DNA of 63,275 nucleotides, filler included, from Phoronis australis (taxonomy: Eukaryota; Animalia; Phoronida), in NCBI GenBank assembly GCA_002633005.1. It is 7 parts of 7 records of this genome, joined end to end, with 100 filler letters (N's around TTAATTAATTAA, not from the genome) between each part and the next. Parts side by side here need not be neighbours in the genome. Positions count along the whole stretch, not along the records: positions 1 to 19,536 come from NMRA01000505.1; 6 more parts are not named here. One strand, given 5' to 3'. The translations under genes and the position numbers were made by a program. The notes beneath the pieces were generated by a model. It was given only the letters and a program-made list of their open reading frames with translations. It was not told the DNA's origin and searched no databases. Positions 1 through 12,687 of the stretch are shown here, piece by piece (position 1 is the stretch's first letter; each line of letters begins with the position of its first letter).

Positions 1-2754
1 TGGGGTCCACGATAAAATAAGGAAACTCACTCATCTAGAGAATTTTATTGGAAACAGCATAGTTTTGAAGAGAAACTGCTGTGAAGAAGTCACTCTTGAC
101 TTCTGTGCATCACGTACCATACACCTCTTATTTTTTGGGAGCACTCCCACCCAGGACAATATGAATATGTGCTGCTAGCCTACCCGGCATCGGGTGAGTT
201 TCCAAAAAGAAACACTTAGTTCCACTCAATAAAACTGTTATTCAGTGGGGTAACTGGTGGGGATAACATCACCGAACGATGTTGATAGAAACTGATTGCT
301 AAAAACTTACCAAGTAATGTTGTGTAGTCTCCGAATGGAATTCTGCATAGTCATAGAGCACGCACGGGGCTTCAGCATCCACACACTTTTTGTCAGTTAG
401 TTGACCCTGTTGACCGCAATTGTCCACGAATATAGTAACCTTAGGTCTTTTGGGAATTTGTGGCCACCTGTCGAAGTCTTGCACCACGGAAATTAGCAGT
501 AATGAGGCTTAGCGCGACGACGTATTTTGATAAAAATTCCATCTTTTACCATTTGTTTACATGCAGACAGCCACGCATGCGCAATTCAATCACCACTAGT
601 ACAGCAGCGACACCGCGAGGAGAATTCTCCGAATAGCCCCATTCGATTTGTGTTTGACTGTGTTCACGCGTGGTCTGTAATAAGCCTGGTAGATAATTGG
701 CCTGCCTGTTGTCATACCAGACAAAAGACTGTGCTTGGCAGTTGACAAAGAAGCTAGATGTTACCACACGCTCGCAACCCTCTACGTCTTGTAAAGTCAC
801 AGAGCGGAAAAAAAGCCGTCATGAATTTTCTGTATGTTTTCTGTATGAAGTGATAACTGTATTCTTCATTACCCACCTTGGCAGTTCTGTAAACATCTTT
901 TATGTATCACGTGTCCAAGTAATTCGAGAAGACTTGAACTAATGTACGTAGAGAAAACTTCCGCTTGTCAATTTCTGGCCTTTCTATTTCCCATGCTTTT
1001 GGCAGCTTAAGACGCCTAGTTTTCTTTAACGCTTGGTAGCATTCTCTTGGTCAATGTTTCACAACGCCAACAACCCGTAACGAACTTAAATTATGGGTAT
1101 CACTCTTTAATTCAATTTTTAATTTGGGAAAAATTTGAAAATCGCATTTTGAAAAAAAATTAGATTTTCGATGTTCGTTTTACAACTAGAAACAGTATCT
1201 TGATCGATTTTAGTTCGTGCAATATTAAACATTTCTTGTGTCATGTTTGTGACACGATTTTGCACCTTAGTGATATTAAGTGTATATGCTGCTCCTTTTT
1301 TGGATAACTTTTTGAGAAATGAAAACTAAGAACACAGTTGTAGCCAAACCAAAGTGCCATAATTAGTGTGTCTTTCGATTTTAGTACGTAGTCTGAACAT
1401 TCAAGCAAATATCTACATAACTAAAGAACTTAGCTGTTAGCAAAAGTATGTATTTTCTGAATGTATGAGTTCTGTAGAATTTGATTTTTGACGTTATACC
1501 AATTCATGATCAACTGTCACGTGACCTTGTTTTTTTAGGAAAATTTAGCAAAAAAAGGTATATACATAGCAAAACAACATGATTGATTACATGGTAAAAT
1601 TTTGAATGTTTCAATCAACTCCATCTTGACGTTTTTAAGAAGATGTGTTCCTAAGTTCACATAAGTCGATTTTCTAGAGCCGAAGAAAAGTTGAAAACGA
1701 CTAGAGTCGTCAAAATATCAAAGTTTTCGTTTAATTGTTAGCTGAAAATTTGTTTTGGTCAATAGATCCTATACATGTCTTAACCATATTCATTATTTCA
1801 ACATTTCCAGAGCGTAATTAATTTAAGTATCACTAAAACGTCGTTCTAATTTGGTTAAGTCGGGGTTCAATGCCTCAAGTCAAACTATGTCAGAGGTGGA
1901 ATAGTCAACATTAAGTAGGTCAACAGTACATTGTGGTACATAACTTGTTAACCACGCGCCGGAAAGGAAGATATCCAGAGAGCAACTACGAAATGGGGAA
2001 CATAGAAATCGAATATCCGAAGTTAAAGCTCGCCGTGACCACGAAATCGAAACAGCGAACCGTGAAATCACCGATGAAATTAATGAGGTTGGGTGAGGAC
2101 TTTATCTTTTTTCACAACTTGCTGTGTTCGTGCCAGAAACCGTGCGGCGACTTGTTGAATTCATTAACCGTCGTATGTACGGAGAGGCATAACTCCCTCC
2201 GGATCAAAGTTATGTTTTGTCTTCGTAATTTTTGGCGTCTTTCTATGCTATGAACACCTCGTTGTTTCACCATTGTGTCAGTGAATGAAAAGATTGTGAA
2301 TTGTGGGTACATAGAGAACTGCTTGTGCCTAGCGAGAGATTCAAGTTTCATAACAGCTCTGTAACCCTTGAACTTAGATAAGTTGTAAACAAATTTCCAC
2401 GCTGTTGAAGTATGTCCGATAAATTGTTTTTCTACCATAAAGAAGTCAAATGTCGATTTTAAAGTTAACTAGATATGAAAATAAAATATTTCTCCACACT
2501 GATATTCAATAATGTCAAAAAATAAAATTTAAAAACTAGGTCTTGCGTATCTTTACGGTTATGCAAAACCATATCGACAAGTCGGTACAGAAAGCAAAAC
2601 ACTCATCTACAAAACTATAGAATTTAACTCAGCAAAAGTATATAGTTCGTGAAAATATCAATTCTGTAGCCTAGAGTATTTTGATTCTTGACGTTATACC
2701 AATCTCCCAGTAATTAGGTCACCTGAAAACTTATCAAAAAGGTACATTGATAGC

Positions 2755-2880
2755 TAAACCAATAACAATACTAGATGGACCAATAACAGTACCAACTGGA
2801 CCGATAACAATACCAAATGGTCCAATAACAATACCAATTGGACCAATAACAAAACCAACTGGACCGATAACAATACCAAT
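2755..2880. repeat. Minisatellite, ~21-bp unit (GGACCAATAACAATACCAACT-like), ~5-6 copies
   Basis: Direct tandem repetition visible in the sequence. Confidence 0.85.
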
Positions 2881-5800
2881 ATTTGCATGATAAACCTCAA
2901 AACTCTCTGACAGTTTTCTAAATTTTCGTTTTAAGCAGCTTTAAAACATCATAAAAATCACATAAGTGCTAATTTTGATAGCTCCTTGTGCAAAAGTGAA
3001 ACGTTTCCAATGCAATCAGCCTTTACGAGAACAATGCATAAAGCATAGGCTTCATGTATATCCGATCTACAATTTCTGCGATACTACGTATCGAATTTGG
3101 CCAAAATGGACATTTTTCTTGGGTATTACATAACCTTACTAAGTGCGTTGTTCATGCTTGATATACACGTTACACAACACACGTTATGGGGACTGTACTT
3201 AAAGATACAAGCAAAGTTCGGACGGCTTCGGCTTGCACCGACCTCGGTGAAATCGGCATGCATATCATGAATCTCGATATAACCCACATGGAACGTCACG
3301 TACATTGCACATAACATCATATACGTAAAATGATTAGTCGAAGTAATAATGCGTCTATATTGGTACGCACTAGGTCATTCTTAAATGACGTCATTCACGG
3401 CATGGGAAACCTTTTAATTTCAGAAAAGACAGTAGTGGATGGTGCCTGAGTAATTGCGTAGTTTAACTACAAACGCGAAATCTCATTAGCATATCAGAAA
3501 ATTTGCCTACTAGAGATTGATTTTCAGCTTTTTATTGTGGATATAGCGTCAAGGTCTGTTTTAACATATAAAATGCTTACACTAACGTTTAACGTTCGTT
3601 TTACGGAAAACAGGTTCGTGCATGCTGAAATACGAAAAAGTGAATGGCATTCTTTCAAATTAAGCAGATTTTTAATGTGATGCACTGTTTCTTTCTCATT
3701 ACCCTGACAATTATATCGTCTTTCACACAATCTTTTACATCCAGATACACGACTATTTCACATTTTCCTATTGAAATGCTACCGTGCAAATATACCAACA
3801 GCTTCGCAAAATACTTGCAAAAAATAATTACGGCGCAGCGACATACCTACCGCATACCTAGCTCCGTTGGTTCACGTGCAGCAATACAAATGCCACTGAT
3901 TTGGTGTCACTTTGATTGCTCGTGACGAAGGAAAGAAAACGCCAACTTTGTTTGCTTCGAGGCAAAATTCGAAATTTCAACATGTATTGACATTTCAGAT
4001 TCCGTCAACGCTGCTTTATTCGGGTATTTTTGCGGGAAGCATAAACTAATGTAGGCCTATGAGTGCGTTTTTTACCCTCAGCTCCCAAGTGGAACATTAG
4101 GTGTCAAAACTCGTGCTGCTCCTTGGGACTTTATTAAGTGCGATCTTATCTGGTCGTAGTGCTTGGCCTAAATTATTGGAGAGCTTACAGAGGACATGAA
4201 CCCGTAGAAATTTGCAGCTCATTAGTCAACAGTCAGAAGCGTACAACAAACGGTTTCAAAAGGCAGTGCCAATATGTCTAGGTTTACAGATGTAAATTTC
4301 TGTACTCATTATGAATTTTTATTGAATCAAAAAACATGAAAGGTCCTTACTAACGATAATTCTAAGTAAATCTATGTAAATCACAGTGCCTGACCTGGGC
4401 AGTGCAAACCAGGACTACGTTCCGTCAACGCAATACAACAAGTGCAAAACGCAAGTTTTCGCGAAATATCGCCAATGTTTCAGACTCAGCACGTGATCAC
4501 ACTAACTTTTATCGCGATTGACTTGGGTTTGCGAAACGCAGCCCAGGAATTTGTCACAAGACATATGGCAGGTTTACATTTTTACCACATCTTTTTACCC
4601 TCTCAGTGCCAGATTTACGTTGTTAGTAAGTAGGGGGGTTAGGATTTGCGCGAATTCGAGGCGCGTAGCGCCGAGTGGGGAAAGGTCGGGAAGGGGTGAA
4701 CCCCTTGCTGTGAATGAATTTTTTGGTTTTGTAGCTGATTTCGTTTTCCTTGCGACGTTTTTATAATTTTTATTTTTGATCTTGTCCTAGGGGAGTAGGC
4801 TTAAACCCCGTGAACTCCCCGTAGACCCGCCTTTGAGCCTCTGTTACACCTCATGCATGGTGCAGAGGATCTGGATAGAAAATGGCCTTGTAAAATCCAA
4901 AACTAAAATGTTTTTAAGAAAAACAAGTGGGAATTTGAATGTGACAAGTTCGAAGTAATATTCTGCTCTCCTTCCAAAAATCTTCAAAACGTCATCTCCA
5001 TTAAATGTGCCACTGGCACTTTATCACCACGCACACTTATACATTAGCATCAACAACCTAACATTAGATCAGACGGTATTTGTCGCAATGATCCTGTGTG
5101 TTTGCTTTAACTGAAGTAAGCTGATGTTCGGATCCTCTGTGGTTTTATAAGCCAGTGAATATATTTCCTTTCAATCATTATTATCTTCGATCGTAAGTGT
5201 AAACTGCAATTCGCATCAACACTTCGAGGATTTCTTAACATCATTAAGGAAACAACAGGTATGACTGCAATCTGTAACATCCTTTCGCACATGCGTAATA
5301 GCCAAGTGAATTCAAGGTGATCAGAGATCGACACTCATTTATTTACTTTGTATTTGACTTTTCAAAATCTTTTCATAACAGAAGTCCCACCATCTAAGCT
5401 TATAAAATCACCATCAGAAGTGTATCTCTAAAAATGCTCTTTTTTATTCCAATGCATGCGAAAATGCGTTTGCCTCCGACATCCAAAATTTTGTACGTTT
5501 AAGTACTAATCTAGATAAATAGTCTTCTTTACTAATGACGTAATATAAAAGCATGAAAATTTTGAGACATTCAGTTGAGAAAACAAATAAAGTTTGAGTC
5601 TAATACTGGAATAAAAACTTACAAAAATTAGCGACGTTGCGTCCGCATCTCACGGACTTGGCTTGTGATGTTATCGATATTCTGGCCAATTGGTGGCGTT
5701 TTGACCAGACGGCGCGGCATTGACGTCAGAACACCATCCCAGTCTAGGATAGTGTCATCATCAGCATTGAAATCATGTCCAGTGGCGCACAGGTGGCTAA

Positions 5801-6239
5801 AAATAGTCATAAGTGTCCCCGTAACTAGGACGACGATGTTGTGACATACGCATTTTAATGAACTGATTCATTTCACCTATGTAACTGTCTGAGCACTGGG
5901 ATCCTTACACTGAACACCATAGACAACAAATGTCAAGGACAACACCCTTGGGGGTTTTGTCCTTGACATGCTTTTATCAAGACCAATTACGGACATGAAG
6001 TCCTAAAAATGGTTCGTCGGCATGAGAAAACGGCATGTAAGATCGCTAGTCATGGAAATCATCTTCGTTTCAACCTCCGCTGTTTGTGTTTTGGTATAAT
6101 TCCCAGAAGTGTGAGTTCTAATGTGAAGGGAAATATAGCTCGTCACATCTTGAGAAATGCAGAAAGGAAGTTACTCAATGAACGTGTGTGACAAACAAAT
6201 TATACTCTTGAAGTTTTTTATCCCAGACGCGTTGAATCT

Positions 6240-7150
6240 GTCGAGGGAAATACGGCCAAGTTATAAAGTTTTCCGTATTCACCTCCCGCACTACTTCAAC
6301 AGTGACCTCTGACATGGAAAGTTCAAACGGTAGGTCAATGTCGACTGGACGTCTTCAGCCGGTTCGATCATCAACCTATCCGAATATGGTTTAAAGTAAT
6401 ACATTTGCAGCAGTGTAACTAACGCTTGACATGCAACCAGGCCCTAAACGTAAAATCTGGAACAAAACTGTTAATTGTAAGACACTTACTAGGTATATCT
6501 CAGTTTTCAATTGCTGAATACTATATCGTCTGCAACTCTGGCGCCGATTCCTAGGAAACTAAAATATCAAATATTGTTGTTTTTTAACTAGTTACAGGAG
6601 ATGTTACAAGTTCGCGGCACAGTTGCCGTTGTATTCATCTTTGTTACCTCTTTTCAAGAAATAAATCGTTACTTTTAAAACTGTTTCTTTTACAAGAGAA
6701 AACTTGCAACCTAACGCGCAAGTACATACATACTAGAATGTGATCCGCCATGTGAACAGTCTGGGTGAAGTATTTGAAAAATCTGCCGAAAAAATGCAAG
6801 AAACTTCGGTCTCCGTCGATACGCGGAATAATGTCTCGTGGGATATTACTTCATGTACGCCACTCTCGGCACGTTTTGTGTATTTATGATCGACATATGC
6901 CCCGAATAATAGATAAATGATACATGCGTCTCAAGCTCGTTACCAGAGATGAAAAGGAGACCGAGGTAGGCGGTATAAGGTCATTTATTATGACTACTAC
7001 AATTACAATAAAATGAATACAGGTAAATAACGTATAATAGGTAATCTCTGGTAAGATGGGCAATAAAAAGCACCACAAGAGATGTTGTAAGACAGCTCAT
7101 TACATATTAGACAGTGAGGATGAGTGTATTTTTACGACATTTTCTGCGTC
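6240..7150. mobile_element. ~0.9-kb unclassified insertion interrupting the Penelope ORF (boundaries approximate)
   Basis: Penelope coding similarity stops near 6240 and resumes near 7150. An internal segment (GGTAAGATGGGCAA...AGACAGCTCATT, ~7050-7102) recurs near 19760-19810. No clear TIR or TSD. Confidence 0.45.
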
Positions 7151-7436
7151 GTTGTACGACAGCGAGCTTGAGTTTTTCATGCATGCGCAGCTCCGTGAAC
7201 ACGAGACAACCAAGAAAATACAACAACAGAAATTTGATTTTTTGGTTTCAAAGAAAAACAGAAGTGATTCCAACAAAGCTGCACCGAATAATTACGCTGA
7301 GAAGTGGGTAAGAAGCCCATCGGATCGTGTGCTTAGTGACAGTGAAACTTCTCTTTTGTCCAAGGGTCTTAACTACACGGCCATTCCGACCAAACTTTCT
7401 ACTCTTGAGATATTATCTGCCACTGAGGAAGCCATC

Positions 7437-8922
7437 TAGCCAGCCAGCTAGCTGTATGATGGGAAGATTGTCGTCAAAATACAGCTAGGTACCACTTAGC
7501 CAGCCAGCTAGCTGTATGAAGACTGTCGTCAAAATACAGCTAGGTCCCACTACGTGTATTTCTTCCGTAGACCCCGAAATTGCACACAGCCAGGGTAGTT
7601 CTGCTCGTCACCGCGCCATGAAACTTGTATCAACATGTAAAGCTAAAGACCGGACGGTGTGCATGCAAAATCTGGGAGTCAACCGACACTCACCTTGCCC
7701 GTTACAGCCGCTTAAGCGAAAAACAATGCACTAAACTTCATTTTCTTGCGTAACTCTCTGCCTCTTCTAACAATGAAAAGTATTTCGTCGTTTTGAAAAC
7801 AGTACGCTCGTGTCACGCGCACGCGCCATTTCCTAAATTTTTGCGACATCTCTCGGGAGATAATGATAGCTTGGAAGCAACAAAATTTCTTCTGAAATTC
7901 GAATTTTCGGTACCAAAATTCTAAAAACTTTTAATGAGGTGAAACCAGTTCTGATAATTTGTTGTGACGTGTACGCAACCTAGTGAAAGAACAAAAGTTG
8001 ATTGAAGAATCGGCGAAAAAAGAAACTGGCCAATGGGTGACGCAAAATTTCATGGCGCCGAAAGCGGGCGCCAAAGATCGCTCCACAACTTTAGCAGCAG
8101 AATAACGGTAGAACGCCATTTTTGCCAACATTACACCGTTAAATAATTTGAATTACTCAAGGAAGACTGTGGTTTTTAATGACGCTAATTTTGTGTCAGA
8201 TTCTAGCTTACCACTTTTTTACCCGCATCGGTGCAAAGCTGTATGTTTATATACGGCTTTATACCAAGGCTAGGTACCACTGTGTGTATTTTTTCGTAGA
8301 CCCCGAAATTGCACACGGTCAGGGTAGTTCTGCTTGTCACCTCGCTGTGAAACTTGTATCAACACGTAAAGCTAAAGACCGGAAGGGGTGCATGCAAAAT
8401 CTGGGAATCAACAGACACTCACCTTGCCCGTTACAGCCGTTTAAGTGAAAAACAATGCAAAAAACGTCATTTTCTTGTGTAACTCTCCGCCTTTTCTAAC
8501 AATGAAAAGTATGTCGTCGTTTTGAAAACAGTAAGCTCGTGTCAAGCGCACGCGCCACGTCGNATTTCGTCCATTGAAAGTAAACGGAGTTGGCGGTCCA
8601 TGTACTATAGTCTATGGTGAAACCAGTTCCAATAATTTGTTGTGACGTGTACGCAAGCTCGTGAATGAACAATAGTTGATTGAAGAATCGGCAAAAAAAG
8701 ACAATAGGTCACCTAATATTTCATGGCACCGAAAGCCGTCACTAAAGACCGCTCCACAACTTTAGCAGCAGAATAACGGTAGAACGTCATTTTTCCACCA
8801 CTGTTAAATAATTTTGATTACTCAAGGAAGGCTGTAGTTTTGTGTCAGATTTTATCTTACCACTTTTTTACCCACATTGGTGCAAAGCTGCATATTTAGT
8901 ATACAGCTTTGTACCAAGTTTA
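7437..8922. mobile_element. Non-autonomous DNA transposon with a TAGCC 5' terminus and 9-bp TSD (outer copy; AcademH-like)
   Basis: TSD GAAGCCATC at 7428-7436 and 8923-8931. Removing the insert restores the Penelope reading EEAIQRKGLDK. Confidence 0.85.
7497..8272. mobile_element. Second copy of the same element nested inside the first (TAGCC...GGCTA, 9-bp TSD)
   Basis: TSD GGTACCACT at 7488-7496 and 8273-8281. The body is highly similar to 8282-8922. Confidence 0.85.
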
Positions 8923-8930
8923 GAAGCCAT

Positions 8931-10730
8931 CCAGCGCAAAGGTTTAGACAAGTCCCAGGCCGATGGTCTTCGCCGAGGGTATGCAGTAATATCAAGAACG
9001 CTAAACCAATTAAATCTAATTTAAGTAGTGATGAGCGAAAGGCCTTGGTGAATTTGAGGGAAGACAATAACATGGTCATTCTCCCTGCCGATAAGGGTAA
9101 ATGTGTTTGTGTTCTGAACAGGAAGGACTACGAGAATAAGTGTTTAGATTTACTGAATGATGCTTAGAGATCTATCAACTACAACCCCAACCACGGTTAT
9201 AGGAAGAAGGCGATGCAGTTAGTGAACTCTCTTCATCAGAAGGGGGATATCAGACTACTTCCTCCCGCTTTCTATGGCGTGCCAAAGATACACAAGCCCG
9301 ACCCCATTCCGGTTCGCCCGATTGTCAGCAGGTGTGGATCAGTATCTTACAACATCGCTATTAAACATGTTGCCAGTATTTTGGGCCCTCTTGTTGGTAA
9401 CACCCCCTATCATGTTGTCAACACTCAAGATTTTGTGAACAAACTAAAGAAATTTGCTCTGGAATCGGATGAGATACTAACGTCGTTTGATGTTTCTGCC
9501 CTGTTAACTAGTCTTCCTCCTGAAGATGCTCTGTCCATTGCTGAGAACTTTCTTGTCAAAGACCCAGACCTCGATTCGAGATGTTCCCTGTCAGTTGCTC
9601 AAGTCTGTGACCTTTTTTCGTTATGTCTGAACACTACTTATTTTGTGTTTAACCAGTTGCATTACATTCAACAGCATGGATGTGCTATGGCCCAGCCCGT
9701 ATCTCCCATAGTAGCAAACCTATATATGGAAGTCTTCGAACAGCTCATTCTTAGTCATTATCCTGGCCACACCCCTAGATTGTGATTGACATATGTGGAC
9801 GACACGTTTGTTATTATTCGCAAGAATGAACTCTATGTCTTCTTCAAGTTCATTAATGAGTTTGACCCTAGCATCAAATTTACTCAGGAACCCTGTAAAG
9901 ATGGCAAGCTACCTTTACTGGACTGTTTAGTCTCCATTAAACAGGACAGATCATTTGACACAAAGGTTTAACGCAAGAATACTCACAATGATCACTTTGT
10001 GCAACTTGACTTGAACCATCCTCTCATCCACAAGCTGAATGTGATTCGCTCTTTGAACCACAGAAGCTAACACTATCATTTGTGATCCTTTGACCATTTC
10101 TGAGGAACTGAATTACACTAAAGATGCTCTTGCTAAATGCGGTTATCCACGTGGGTCGTTCACCAATGCGGAAAGATCAGAGAGGAGAAAAGTAAACACT
10201 CAAACAACCACTACTGTGAGTTCTCCTACTCGTGTGGTGATTCCCTACGTCCAGGGTCTTTCTGACCGCCTCAAGAGTACATTTAAACAGTTTGACATTT
10301 CTGTCACCCACAAACAGTTTAATTCTCTCCGCAGCCAAGTGGTTAATGTCAAGGACAAGACCACCAAGGGTAATGAATCATGTGTTGTCTATGGTATCCA
10401 GTGTAAGGATCCCCAGTGCTCAGATAGTTGGTGAAATGAAACAGTCCATAAAAATGCCTATGTCACAAAATCGTCGTCCTAGTTACGGGGACACTTGTGA
10501 AATTATGTTTCGGCTATTTTTAGCCACCTGTGCGCCACTGGACGTGATTTCAATACTGATGATGTCACTATCCTAGACTTTGAGGAAGACTGGTTCAGAA
10601 GTGGTGTTAAGGAAGCTCTCCATAAGCGCACTGAGAGTCCCTCTTTAAATAAAAGAGGCGGTTTAAGATTCGATTTGTCACACGTATGGGATGGTGTTCT
10701 GACGTCAATGCCGCACCGTCTAGTCAAAAC
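8931..10730 (+). pseudogene. Penelope-like reverse transcriptase/GIY-YIG endonuclease coding region with stops and frameshifts
   Basis: RT motifs (SFDVSAL, GCAM, YVDD) and a GIY-YIG-like VVYGIQC motif spread over several short ORFs. Confidence 0.9.
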
Positions 10731-10844
10731 GCTAACTATTGGTCAGAATAACGATAAAGTCACAAGCCAAGCTGAAGCCTGTGAGATGCGGACGCAACGT
10801 CTATAATTTTTGTAAGTTTTTATTCTAGTATTAGACTCAAACAT

Positions 10845-10982
10845 CACAATAAAGTTTTCGTAACTAATGACGTAATACCACTGTAAAGTCTTCGTTACTA
10901 ATGACGATATATCATATTAAAGTCTCCGTTACTAATGACGTAATATCATAATAAAGTTTCCGTTACTATTGACGTAATATTA
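10845..10982. repeat. Minisatellite, ~33-bp unit containing TTACTAATGACGTAAT, ~4 copies; one more unit at ~5521-5546
   Basis: Direct repeats on both sides of the Penelope element. Confidence 0.75.
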
Positions 10983-11397
10983 TACCGTCTGCAAATCCGC
11001 CATCCATCACAAGCAAAAAATGATTTGGAATATTAACGTTATGAGACTGGAGCCTGTTCCAAGAAACTGACTTAAGTTCATTTTTTACTTAAGTTTAAGA
11101 TTTCTCTTAAATTCCAAACTTTGAAACTTCCACATTCGGTAAGTTAGTCAGAATTAAGATAAAACTCATGTCACACACTTAAGTCGAACTTAAGATCACT
11201 TTCTTGAATTGGTTTTGAGATAAACATAACTTGTATTTTAAAATTTACTAAAATTTAAGATTTGTGTGGTCAATAGTCAACTTGAGATGTGATTACAGGT
11301 TCACTACAGCTGACAGTACGTTATTACTTTCATAAGATCAGGCGTGTCATTATATATCCCCGAGCATGGTCAAGGTAAAGCGAACTGCCAAGTTTTG

Positions 11398-11745
11398 CAA
11401 ATCCACGTCTCTCTTTTTATCTTTTAAGGACAGGTTCATAGCTAGCGCTTAGTGTTCCAAATCCATGTCTCTTTTTTATCTTTTAAGGACAGCTTCATAG
11501 CGCTTAGTGTTCCAAATCCATGTCTCTCTTTTTATCTTTTAAGGACAAGTTCATAGCGCTTAGTGCTCCAAATCCATGTCTCTCTTTTTATCCTTTAAGG
11601 ACAGGTTCATAGCTAGCGCTTAGTGTTCCAAATCCATGTCTCTTTTTTATCCTTTAAGGACAGGTTCATAGCGCTTGTTGTTCCACATCCATGTCTCTCT
11701 TTTTATCCTTTAAGGACAGGTTCATAGCGCTTAGTGTTCCAAATC
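11398..11745. repeat. Minisatellite, ~55-59-bp unit (CAAATCCATGTCTCT...AAGGACAGGTTCATAGCGCTTAGTGTTC), ~6 copies
   Basis: Direct tandem repetition. Confidence 0.9.
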
Positions 11746-11796
11746 AAAAGCTTGTTTCATAAATAGAACTCGGCTTTTAGAGTAGCTTTAGCTTTG

Positions 11797-11972
11797 CTAT
11801 AAAATGTCGCAATCTTTCAAATGTACACTGTACGTATCCCCAATAGGACTTACAAATCAGTTTTGTTACAAAATGTTGCAATCCTTCCAATGCACGTAGC
11901 CCCAATAGGATTTATCAATCAGTTTTGTTATAAAATGTTGCAATTCTTCTAATGTACGTAGCCCCAATAGGG
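11797..11972. repeat. Diverged ~60-bp tandem repeat, 3 copies
   Basis: AAAATGTTGCAATC...ACGTAGCCCCAATAGG recurs three times. Confidence 0.7.
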
Positions 11973-12687
11973 CGTATTAATAGTAGCCAGTTTCGGCTTC
12001 AATTAGTCCTCTCCGTATTTAACGAGTACGTAAATCGAATAACGCGGCACCTTTAGAACCGTGGCTTTCAACTGAAGATATTTACGAGCCACGGGGATTA
12101 AGTTTTACACCAAAACAGTGACGTATTCGGCGACAGTAAACTGCGTAGCAGTGAATAGATTTACGCCACTTTATTTCATATAAAACTTCATCAGTTGTCT
12201 GCAGCTTTTCATCAAAATACTTCTGGGAACAGTTATCCTAAAATGTATACATTACATGGCAATGTACGTTAGCAGTTATAATTATTAGGTTATCCAGTTT
12301 TCAAAACGGATTTGCTTATTTAGAAATGTGAGTTTTACATTATTATGCCGCCGACTGGTCGACTGCGAGATCTTTCGAAAGTTTTCGAGACTCAGTGACG
12401 GATTGCAATCGATTAATTAGTCAGAGACCGGAAATACGACAAGCTTTTCAAAAACAACTTGAGGTTTACGCGTAAAAACAATCGAAAGTAAGCATGAATG
12501 TCACGCTATTTCTGGAAGACGGGAGAGGAAGGTAAACTCACCCGACTGTGCAACACAAAAGCTCGGCATTCTTGAAGTGCTCAACTCATCTCCACTGGCA
12601 AAGCTAGATTTCGTCCAACACGCTTATTGTAGAGAATTTATTTCTCCAATTTGCCCTAGCTCTCACATTGATTAATCATGGGATTAA

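Larger units (their letters stand above)
5592..10842 (+). mobile_element. Penelope-like retroelement (RT + GIY-YIG endonuclease), degenerate, interrupted by two insertions, with an inverted copy of its 3' end at the 5' side
   Basis: Pieces of one ORF: N-terminus YGHEVLKMVRRHEKTACKIASHGNHLRFNLRC (~5970-6230); LLSKGLNY...EEAI (7150-7436); ILPADKGKCVCVLNRKDY (8931-9167); FYGVPKIHK-PVRPIVS, SFDVSAL, QQHGCAM, PIVANLYME (9213-9785); YVDDTF (9786-9971); VVIPYVQGLSD and VVYGIQC (10090-10434). 5592-5970 is the reverse complement of ~10345-10842. Confidence 0.92.

Noticed and set aside
299-487. ORF with TIFVDNCGQQ, resembling a transposase DNC motif
   Set aside because: Single short motif with no supporting context.
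11398-11745. This and other regular repeats (19937, 24657, 29038, 45495) as CRISPR-like arrays
   Set aside because: Units are contiguous with no unique spacers, there are no cas genes, and the context is eukaryotic.
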